Shown: piece by piece, positions 37,382-44,121 of the stretch
Layout: every line of letters begins with the position of its first letter
How positions within the stretch are numbered: the stretch's first letter is position 1
DNA from: Gemmatimonadota bacterium
GTDB lineage: Bacteria; Gemmatimonadota; Gemmatimonadetes; Gemmatimonadales; GWC2-71-9
Reading direction: 5' to 3'
Length of the DNA: 64,000 bases
Assembly: GCA_029262195.1 (NCBI GenBank)
Contig: JAJCZX010000003.1
Span: 17,499 to 81,498, forward strand
Notes under the pieces: generated by a model
Database searches by the model: none
Told to the model about the DNA's origin: nothing
What the model saw: only the letters and a program-made list of their open reading frames with translations
Program-made: the position numbers and the translations under genes

Positions 37382-38474
37382 AACACCCTCCGGGAACCGC
37401 GTCCCTCGTTTCGCGGGCCGATGTTGTGGCTGCAACCACCGCGGACATCAACGCCTCGGCAGGAACTCCGGGCAGACTCCGCCCCTCCTGGGTGTACATG
37501 GCGTCAACGGCTTCGGCTATACTCTTCGTGCTGATGTGAGTGCTCTTCAGTCCTCTCTCAATGGCAGACACAGTGGCGTCATCGGCGAAGAAATCGCCCG
37601 TGATATAGGCTGCTTTGATTGAATCCCCCGTAAGGGTCAGATGAACTTCGAGCAGACCTCCGTCAGTCTTTACCTTGCTCTGGCCGAAAGTCTCAGCCGG
37701 GAAGCTTCTGTTGTCGATCCAGTCCGGGCTCTTGTAGCGGGTTTCTTCGAGGGCATTGATTCCTTCACGCTCCGCCTCGCTGAAACCACTGTCGAGAAAC
37801 TTGATGTCGAAAGCGGTCTGGTACGCTCGTTTGATAAGCTGCCGAACTTCGGGAATGGAGATGGAAGTTCCCGTTTCTTTTCGGAGTGTCGTCACTCTTT
37901 TCGAAACGGTCTTGATGTGTTTGTCGGAAATCTTCTCCCACGGAGTTCGCAGCGTGTTCAGCATCAACTCAACGTCGAGATCGACGAGCAAGCTGGTGTG
38001 AAAAAGTAGCCCACCTTTTCGATCGAAGTAAAAACCCATGCCGGCTATTTTCCGCCCGTCTACTTCGATGTCATTCTTGCGGTGGAACGATCCGGATATT
38101 CCGACCCCAGTCAGCGCGTCGACGACCCCTCGGGCGTAGTGATGGAAAAGTTCTCGCACACCGAGGTTTCTCTTTTTATTCTGTTCGCGCGGCACCGTGA
38201 TGGCGAGGCCGAGTTGGTCGGCGCCCATGAGAATAGCACCGCCGCCGGTCGGTCTCCTGTTAATCTCGATATTGTTCGCTTTGCAGTAGTCCTGGCGAAT
38301 CTCTGAATCGAGGTGCTGGAATCGCCCGATCAGAGCGCAGTGGGATTTATACGTATAGAGTCTGAGAAGCGGAGCTCCGTCCGAACGGGTAGTCATGTAT
38401 TCGTCCGCTGCAAGCCCAAAGCTCGCCGATACCTGTTCGTCCGCGATGTATCGCCACTCCTGTCGCTTACTCAT
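37374..38474 (-). CDS. Lipoate-protein ligase family protein, paralog 2 (LplA-like catalytic and C-terminal domains)
   Basis: RRPTGGGAILMG and GRKIAGMG (catalytic Lys context). ATGA overlap with the upstream paralog. Confidence 0.75.
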   Translation of the reverse strand: MSKRQEWRYIADEQVSASFGLAADEYMTTRSDGAPLLRLYTYKSHCALIGRFQHLDSEIRQDYCKANNIEINRRPTGGGAILMGADQLGLAITVPREQNKKRNLGVRELFHHYARGVVDALTGVGISGSFHRKNDIEVDGRKIAGMGFYFDRKGGLLFHTSLLVDLDVELMLNTLRTPWEKISDKHIKTVSKRVTTLRKETGTSISIPEVRQLIKRAYQTAFDIKFLDSGFSEAEREGINALEETRYKSPDWIDNRSFPAETFGQSKVKTDGGLLEVHLTLTGDSIKAAYITGDFFADDATVSAIERGLKSTHISTKSIAEAVDAMYTQEGRSLPGVPAEALMSAVVAATTSARETRDAVPGGCFA

Positions 38475-39505
38475 GGCAGGGGTGCGGCGCTCCACTCGCG
38501 GAGTCGGTTTAGCATCTCGTGTTCAGCGTGCAGGTGTGGGTTAGACGCGAGTATTTGGTCGATAGGCCCGTCGGGATGCCAACCACGAAAGGCAGCCTGC
38601 AAGTCCTCAAGAGGCGGGTCAAGTACAATGTCGTCGATCGCGCCGTCGAGCATACGAACGGTGAACCGGTGGCGCGATCCGTTCAGCTGCACTTCATCCT
38701 CCCGCACAGAAACCCGGGCGGAGACCTTTAACGTGTCGTTCGCGACGCTCCCTTTTTTGTGAACCCACTCTGGCGAACCCAGCTGGGCTCCGATGGAAGC
38801 TAAACGGTGGCTCTCTCTCTCTGTGAGTTCCCCCTGCACTATCTCCCGGTTTAAAGCTGCGGAGTAAGCGTCCACCAGGAGGGCAGTGACTACTCCCATC
38901 GAGGGCGGCCGTGGGAGTTCTTCCTTCAACGTGGTGAGGCAATTTTTCAATCCAGTCTCTACCAGAGAGCGAAAAGACTCGGAAGGAGCCTGCCACAGAC
39001 GGATCATCTTCTCGCGGGGAAAATCGAAAAGAATGTTCCCTACGACTACAGTTGCGTCTCGTATCTGTCCCGCGCCCGTGCCGGCGATGCGCTTTCCTCT
39101 CACCTCGATTTCGTTGGGCGGTTTGAGCTCGGCGGAAATGCCGAGTTGCTGGAGAACGGAGACGGGTGCTGAAAGGAAACGGTCGTACATCGCATCCACT
39201 CTGGCGGGCGTGCGAGTCCGGTTGAAGATGCATTGGTAAAACAACTGGTCGTTGTCCAGATAGACCGCGCCACCTCCCAGCTTGCGACGGAGAATAGGTA
39301 CTCCTTTATAGCGACATGCGCCGAGGTCGAGACGAGTGTCTACCTGCTGATGATAGCCCACGCAGAGGTACGGCTCCCGAGGAGCAAGGAGCACGATCGT
39401 GTCCGGCGTTTGGTCGTCCATCGTCTCGGCGATGCAGTGGTAAATCGATTGCGACTGGAGAAAGGGTACCGTCCCCAGGTTCAGCAGCCGGATCGCGTCC
39501 ATCAC
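38471..39505 (-). CDS. Lipoate-protein ligase family protein, paralog 1
   Basis: RRKLGGGAVYLD and GKRIAGTGAG motifs. Its start overlaps the stop of the upstream rSAM gene (GTGATG). Confidence 0.75.
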   Translation of the reverse strand: MMDAIRLLNLGTVPFLQSQSIYHCIAETMDDQTPDTIVLLAPREPYLCVGYHQQVDTRLDLGACRYKGVPILRRKLGGGAVYLDNDQLFYQCIFNRTRTPARVDAMYDRFLSAPVSVLQQLGISAELKPPNEIEVRGKRIAGTGAGQIRDATVVVGNILFDFPREKMIRLWQAPSESFRSLVETGLKNCLTTLKEELPRPPSMGVVTALLVDAYSAALNREIVQGELTERESHRLASIGAQLGSPEWVHKKGSVANDTLKVSARVSVREDEVQLNGSRHRFTVRMLDGAIDDIVLDPPLEDLQAAFRGWHPDGPIDQILASNPHLHAEHEMLNRLREWSAAPLP

Positions 39506-40584
39506 GCCATGATCTCGTGCAACCGAAGCTGGTCTGCGATGATTTGTTGGTCGCTTAGAATCGGAAGGAATGGATAGTCCCGAAACTCTTCGCCCGGTTT
39601 GTAGCTGCCAAAGGGTCGATTGCAGGCAACCTCTCCTTCTTCATCGGGGCACCCTTCAGTCATGAACGGACGACCGCTTGAAATCAACTGGTCGACTAAA
39701 GATCTCTCGGCCGCCAGATGGTTGATGAAGCCGTCGTTGTCAAAACGGATTCGGCTCCGAGCCAACTGGGAATCCTCGATGAGGTGTTTCACCAATTGGA
39801 TTCGTCGCCAGCGGTGCAGGGGGGCACGCGGAACGTTTGCCATTGCTGTTCCGGGCTCCGGGTTAAAGGAAAAGAGGTAGCCTGCTACATCGATGTCCTT
39901 CAACCGGTAAAACAGTTCTACCAACTCTTCGTCAGTTTCGCCAAGCCCTACAACGACGTGGCAGTTCACGTTCATGGGGCCATACATCTCGCGGGCGGCT
40001 TCGACGATATACCAATGGTGGTCCCACGTGTGCGGCCCTTTCGCGGTGCGACCCCTCGTTTTTTCAAACACATCTTCGCTGGCCGCATCCAGTCCCAGGC
40101 CCACGATATCGGCTCCGGCGTCTTTGAAGTCCCGAAGTGAATCAACGTCGAGGAGGTTAGCACTAACGAGCGCGGAGATGAGGACATCTGATTTTGCACG
40201 AACTCGTCTTGTCATGTCGATCAGATCGGCGTTGGCCCGTTTGTCATGAACCTGAGCTATACAAACGCGACCGATCTTCTCCCTGTGCTCGGCGATACGG
40301 TCAGCGACAAGGTCCGTTTCGAAAAGCGGCCATCCCACCCGAATGAACGAGTTGTCTTCGGCAGCCCCCGGGCGCTCCCGGGCCAGGCCACAATACGTGC
40401 AGTTGGCCCAACACCCCTCGGGGTAGTTCTGCAGCAAGTTGATACAGCGTGTAACGCCGTCTCTGTAGAAGCGTCCCTTCTCGAGCCCCAGCACCATCGC
40501 AGCAGCGACGCTTATGCGCACATGCTCCGGGCTGATCTTCAGGTGCTCCGCCTGTTCGGCGACGGGGAGTAGTGTTTTGGTCAT
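39502..40584 (-). CDS. Radical SAM protein, LipS1/LipS2-type lipoyl synthase component
   Basis: CxxxCxxC motif CWANCTYC. Lies in a lipoate-ligase/LbpA operon. Confidence 0.65.
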   Translation of the reverse strand: MTKTLLPVAEQAEHLKISPEHVRISVAAAMVLGLEKGRFYRDGVTRCINLLQNYPEGCWANCTYCGLARERPGAAEDNSFIRVGWPLFETDLVADRIAEHREKIGRVCIAQVHDKRANADLIDMTRRVRAKSDVLISALVSANLLDVDSLRDFKDAGADIVGLGLDAASEDVFEKTRGRTAKGPHTWDHHWYIVEAAREMYGPMNVNCHVVVGLGETDEELVELFYRLKDIDVAGYLFSFNPEPGTAMANVPRAPLHRWRRIQLVKHLIEDSQLARSRIRFDNDGFINHLAAERSLVDQLISSGRPFMTEGCPDEEGEVACNRPFGSYKPGEEFRDYPFLPILSDQQIIADQLRLHEIMA

Positions 40585-40644
40585 AGGAGATATCGGATGG
40601 ACGGAGCGGACAGAACTGACCGTACCGTAGTCACACTGCTCAAA

Positions 40645-40679
40645 CCCACCCGCTCCCCCCTTCCCGCCCCCAACTCCCC
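40645..40679 (-). other. G-quadruplex-forming motif in the intercistronic mRNA
   Basis: The minus strand reads GGGGAGTTGGGGGCGGGAAGGGGGGAGCGGGTGGG, with six runs of at least three G. Confidence 0.5.
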
Positions 40680-40684
40680 GTTAA

Positions 40685-41632
40685 TCACCAGTTCACCCCG
40701 CAGCACGCGTCGTGGAAATGGGGAGTCAACCCCTGTTGGGTTGCGTATTCGACCATTCCCTCGGCGGGGTATGCGATTCCGTTCAATCCAGCATCGATCG
40801 CGAATCGGTCGATTCTTTTTTTCGATTCGCCGTAGGGCCGGGCGCAACCCAGCATTATCGGAGTATCTGGAAGCGTGCGGCGTGCTTTGTTGAAGAACGC
40901 TCCGACCTCCTCCGGGGCCGGGGGGGCGACATTTGCCATCGGTGTGCCGTACAGAGGCATGAAAACCACTATTACCAGGACCTTCGGCGGGTAGGATGCG
41001 ATAAGTTCGAGCGCCCGTTTCTCACCGAGCATCCTTCCGAAATGAAGTCCTAGAATGATATGGGGAATGGTGGGGACGCCGTGACGTTGGAGGCGCTCCA
41101 GTGTTCTTTCATACTCATCAACACCGTAGTCGAGGTGGTAAACCTCTTTGATGGTTTCTTCGGCGCCAATGATGTCGACCATAGCTCCGTCGATTCCAAC
41201 TTCTGCGAGTCCCTCGGCAACCTCCTCGCTAACCAGGCCGGGGTGGACTCTAATTGTCAGGCCCAATTCCCGTCGTACGCGCTTGAGGTCTTCCATGTGT
41301 TGGAGTAGCGGGACACGCCCCTGGCGGTCGCTGCCGCCCGATACCAATACTCCACGCGCTCCCTTCGCCGCTATTTCCTGGCAGGTTTCGAAGAGGCTCT
41401 TGTTTTGCGGCACGTCGTCCATGCGCAGGAGGACCTTGGTGTTGCAGTGTTCGCACTTCAAGGCGCACGCGTCGCCGGTAACGCTAACCGACACGAAAGC
41501 CCGTTCGTCCTGGGACGCGTATTCGGTGGTTTTGAATTTCTTGAGCCCGGGAGCGTAGAAGTGGATGTCCTTTATGTTAACCGGATCCCTGCTCGTTTGT
41601 GACCCGGAGTAACTAATATGCGGCGCGGCCAC
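40685..41632 (-). CDS. Radical SAM protein, LipS1/LipS2-type lipoyl synthase component
   Basis: CxxxCxxC motif CALKCEHC. The GTG start directly abuts the lbpA stop (TAGGTG). Confidence 0.65.
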   Translation of the reverse strand: MAAPHISYSGSQTSRDPVNIKDIHFYAPGLKKFKTTEYASQDERAFVSVSVTGDACALKCEHCNTKVLLRMDDVPQNKSLFETCQEIAAKGARGVLVSGGSDRQGRVPLLQHMEDLKRVRRELGLTIRVHPGLVSEEVAEGLAEVGIDGAMVDIIGAEETIKEVYHLDYGVDEYERTLERLQRHGVPTIPHIILGLHFGRMLGEKRALELIASYPPKVLVIVVFMPLYGTPMANVAPPAPEEVGAFFNKARRTLPDTPIMLGCARPYGESKKRIDRFAIDAGLNGIAYPAEGMVEYATQQGLTPHFHDACCGVNW

Positions 41633-42070
41633 CTACACCCATCCGTTGTCTACGTAACGTGCCACTTCTGTCTCTGCCCAGTCCTGAATGGCATCGGTCC
41701 CTTCGACGAGGTCACCTTCGCCATCCGGGTCGTCAGGCTCGATACTGAACAACCAGCCGTCTCCGTATGGGTCATCAACGATTATTCCCGGGGAGGCGAC
41801 TGTTTCTTCGTTTATTTCGACTACCACGCCCGAAATCGGGGCGACGATTGAACTGACCATCTTTTCGGCCTCGAGCGACCCGACGTCGTCGCCCAGCGCC
41901 ACCGGGGTACCAACGTCGGCGATTTCGAGATGCACAACGTTACCGAGTGCTTCGACGGAAAGGGAATCGAGCCCGACCACGAGTTTGTCGCCGTCGGCGC
42001 GAAGCCAGAGGTGTTCCCTCATGTCGTATTTCAGATCGTCAGGGAACTCGAAATTATCAACCGTTACCAT
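41633..42070 (-). CDS. lbpA: GcvH-like lipoate-binding protein (LbpA)
   Basis: GcvH fold signature with the lipoyl-lysine context SLEAEKMVSSIVAPISGVVVEIN. The ATG at 42070 has GGAGAA upstream; the maximal ORF starts at 42091. Confidence 0.8.
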   Translation of the reverse strand: MVTVDNFEFPDDLKYDMREHLWLRADGDKLVVGLDSLSVEALGNVVHLEIADVGTPVALGDDVGSLEAEKMVSSIVAPISGVVVEINEETVASPGIIVDDPYGDGWLFSIEPDDPDGEGDLVEGTDAIQDWAETEVARYVDNGWV

Positions 42071-42130
42071 TTGTGATTTCTCCAAATGCATAGTTCGTCG
42101 GGCCGATCGAAAGGTGCCGCAACCTCAAAA

Positions 42131-42159
42131 ATTGTGTCGCTAATGCACCCAGGTTGCAA
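42131..42159 (-). promoter_or_regulatory. Candidate promoter of the lbpA/lipoylation operon (TTGCAA-N17-CACAAT)
   Basis: The palindromic hexamer TTGCAA at 42154..42159 read on the minus strand, a 17-nt spacer, and CACAAT (plus-strand attgtg at 42131..42136). Confidence 0.35.
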
Positions 42160-42182
42160 TCCCACGGCAATAATGCAATATT
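42154..42182 (+). promoter_or_regulatory. Candidate promoter of the ArsR-type regulator (TTGCAA-N17-AATATT), sharing its -35 with the divergent promoter
   Basis: The same TTGCAA hexamer read on the plus strand. The -10 region overlaps motif copy 1. Confidence 0.35.
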
Positions 42183-42188
42183 TCTATG
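42174..42188. promoter_or_regulatory. Putative operator, copy 1 (TGCAATATTTCTATG)
   Basis: 14 of 15 positions identical to 42655..42669. Overlaps the predicted -10 of the regulator promoter. Confidence 0.4.
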
Positions 42189-42270
42189 TGGTTCGCAAGA
42201 AAGACCGGGCTTGATGCTGACAGATACCCTTGGGTGTCCGGTTTTGCTCCTACAACTAGAAGAAAATTTT

Positions 42271-42573
42271 ATGGCCTCAATCGAGTTGTTGGAAAAAGAA
42301 GTTCTTGATCGCGCGGCTAATGTCATCAAATGTCTGGGGCATCCGCTGCGTCTCCGTCTCCTGGCAGTTCTTGAAGAAGGAGAAAAGACGGTTACGGAGC
42401 TTCAGGAACGAAGTGATGCGACACAGGCAACCGTCTCCCAGCAGCTTGCAACACTCCGCGGGCGGGGAATCGTTGATTGCCGGCGTGAAGGAGCCAACGT
42501 CTTTTATTGGACAATTGAGCCGAAGGTATCAAAGATCCTGGACTGTATCAGTCAGTGTGATCGCGGCTTTTGA
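42271..42573 (+). CDS. shdrR: ArsR/SmtB-family transcriptional regulator (sHdrR/SqrR-like, Cys-containing)
   Basis: Winged-HTH signature LGHPLRLRLLAVLEEGEKTVTEL...ATVSQQLATLR. Four Cys residues. Divergent from the lbpA operon and upstream of tusA-shdr. Confidence 0.75.
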   Translation: MASIELLEKEVLDRAANVIKCLGHPLRLRLLAVLEEGEKTVTELQERSDATQATVSQQLATLRGRGIVDCRREGANVFYWTIEPKVSKILDCISQCDRGF

Positions 42574-42615
42574 TTTATACGTAACTCTTCCCATTACCGG
42601 ATAAGTTGCCGCTGT

Positions 42616-42644
42616 TTGACGGCCCCTGTAATGCGGGATATGAT
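42616..42644 (+). promoter_or_regulatory. Sigma70-type promoter of the tusA-shdr operon (TTGACG-N17-TATGAT)
   Basis: Near-consensus hexamers with a 17-nt spacer, about 108 nt upstream of the tusA ATG. Confidence 0.55.
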
Positions 42645-42654
42645 ATGCAAAGAT

Positions 42655-42669
42655 TGCAATATTTCCATG
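42655..42669. promoter_or_regulatory. Putative operator, copy 2 (TGCAATATTTCCATG)
   Basis: Lies just downstream of the predicted transcription start of the tusA-shdr promoter. Embedded in the imperfect inverted repeat ATATGCAA-AGA-TTGCAATAT. Confidence 0.4.
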
Positions 42670-42751
42670 CAGTTTTAGAAGTGTTGAATGTTGTGACCCT
42701 GGGGACTCGGGGTTGTAGAGTTGATAAATCAGAATTCAGGAGTGTTGTACC

Positions 42752-42991
42752 ATGTCGGACGTTCAAGTTGACGAAACTCTCGATTGCAAGGGCATGCTCT
42801 GTCCCCTTCCCATTGTGAAACTCTCCAAGACCTTCAAGGCGCTCGACTCGGGCAAGGTCGTCCTGCTGCTGGCTACCGACCCCGGTTCCGAACCTGACAT
42901 CGCGGCGTGGGAGAAACGCACCAAGAACCAGGTCTTACAAAAAGACAAAGAGGGCGATGTCTTCAAGTTCTGGATCAAGAAAACGGCCTGA
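42752..42991 (+). CDS. tusA: TusA-family sulfur carrier protein
   Basis: LDCKGMLCPLPIVK (CPxP active-site motif). 79 aa. AGGAG Shine-Dalgarno. Confidence 0.9.
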   Translation: MSDVQVDETLDCKGMLCPLPIVKLSKTFKALDSGKVVLLLATDPGSEPDIAAWEKRTKNQVLQKDKEGDVFKFWIKKTA

Positions 42992-43008
42992 ACAGGGCGG
43001 GAGAAACA

Positions 43009-43380
43009 ATGTCTTCGATTGTCTATGTGCATACTGGCGGCGTAAACACACCAGAGCGTTCGGCCACTCCTATTTACCTCGCCTCCACGGCTGCGGCCAT
43101 GGATGTCGAGGTCGGTATCTACTTCACGGTTAACGGCCCCCAGTTGCTGGAAAAAGGGGTGGCGGAAAAACTGATCGTACCGAAGCATGATGGTGAGGGT
43201 GCACCGCTTATCAAGTTCATCACCCAGGCACAGGAACTCGGTGTAGAGTTTTACGTTTGCCAACCGAGTCTGGACCTTCACGGCCTTAAGGCCGACGACC
43301 TGATCGACGGAGTGAACATGATAGGGGGAGCTGCGTTTAACGACATGGCTCTCGACGCTGACCAAGTCATTTGCTTCTAA
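43009..43380 (+). CDS. dsrE: DsrE-family sulfurtransferase (DsrE3-type)
   Basis: DsrE/DsrF-like fold pattern (IVYVHTGG...IYFTVNG) with a conserved Cys in EFYVCQPS. I prefer the ATG at 43009 over the maximal ORF, which would overlap tusA. Confidence 0.7.
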   Translation: MSSIVYVHTGGVNTPERSATPIYLASTAAAMDVEVGIYFTVNGPQLLEKGVAEKLIVPKHDGEGAPLIKFITQAQELGVEFYVCQPSLDLHGLKADDLIDGVNMIGGAAFNDMALDADQVICF

Positions 43381-43391
43381 CGAGGTAATCC

Positions 43392-44081
43392 GTGACCCTG
43401 GCGCCAAACACCTACACCGACATCCCATACGAGGAAAAAGCCAAACTCATCGAAGAGGTGATGGCGGACCATCGTTATGGAGAACACCTTTACGGCTGTT
43501 ATGAGTGTGGTATCTGCGTTGCCGCCTGCCCTTCGGCTCGGTTTTACGATTTTTCCCCACGCAAAATAGCCCAGGCTGCTGCGAGGCAGGACGTCGAATT
43601 GATGTACGAGCAGATGAACGACGACGTCTGGAACTGTTCACAGTGTTTTTCCTGCACCAGGTGTCCGCGCGGTAATAACCCCGGGGGGATCATCACTGTG
43701 TTGCGTGAAGTTGCAGTTCGCAACGGCCTGGCTTCGGCGCGCGACGCACTTGAGGGTTATGGAAGAGTGGTCTACAAGATCATGTCGACCGGAACCCAGG
43801 TGTCGCCCGATATGCTCCAACCAAACGCGTTTCCCGACTGGGGCCCGCATGTGAAAGCTATCTCCGACAACGTTGAGACATGGCGAAAGGCGTTGCCGCC
43901 CGAGACGCTCCACACCACGAGCACGGCGTGGAACGTTGATGAGAAAACCATCATCGAACTCTACCTCATCTGGCAGGCCACCGGCGTGATGGACATGATC
44001 GGCGAAGTTGACGAAGGACTGCACATGATTCTCGAGGACGTCATGGAAGATGTTCTCGACGAAGCGGGCTACGAAACGTGA
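43392..44081 (+). CDS. shdrC1: Heterodisulfide reductase-like subunit C1 (two [4Fe-4S] motifs)
   Basis: CYECGICVAACP and CSQCFSCTRCP. Confidence 0.8.
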   Translation: MTLAPNTYTDIPYEEKAKLIEEVMADHRYGEHLYGCYECGICVAACPSARFYDFSPRKIAQAAARQDVELMYEQMNDDVWNCSQCFSCTRCPRGNNPGGIITVLREVAVRNGLASARDALEGYGRVVYKIMSTGTQVSPDMLQPNAFPDWGPHVKAISDNVETWRKALPPETLHTTSTAWNVDEKTIIELYLIWQATGVMDMIGEVDEGLHMILEDVMEDVLDEAGYET

Positions 44082-44121
44082 TGGTGGAAATCCGACTGGT
44101 TAAATTTGAAAGGGATCCTGC

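Noticed and set aside
42763-43428. 221-aa minus-strand ORF antisense to tusA/dsrE. Similar antisense ORFs lie at 44380..45141, 45761..46351, 46326..46853, 52726..53337 and 55076..55435.
   Set aside because: All lie opposite ORFs with clear family motifs and tight operon coupling. They have no motifs of their own, and their composition is biased (Arg/Pro/Gly-rich).
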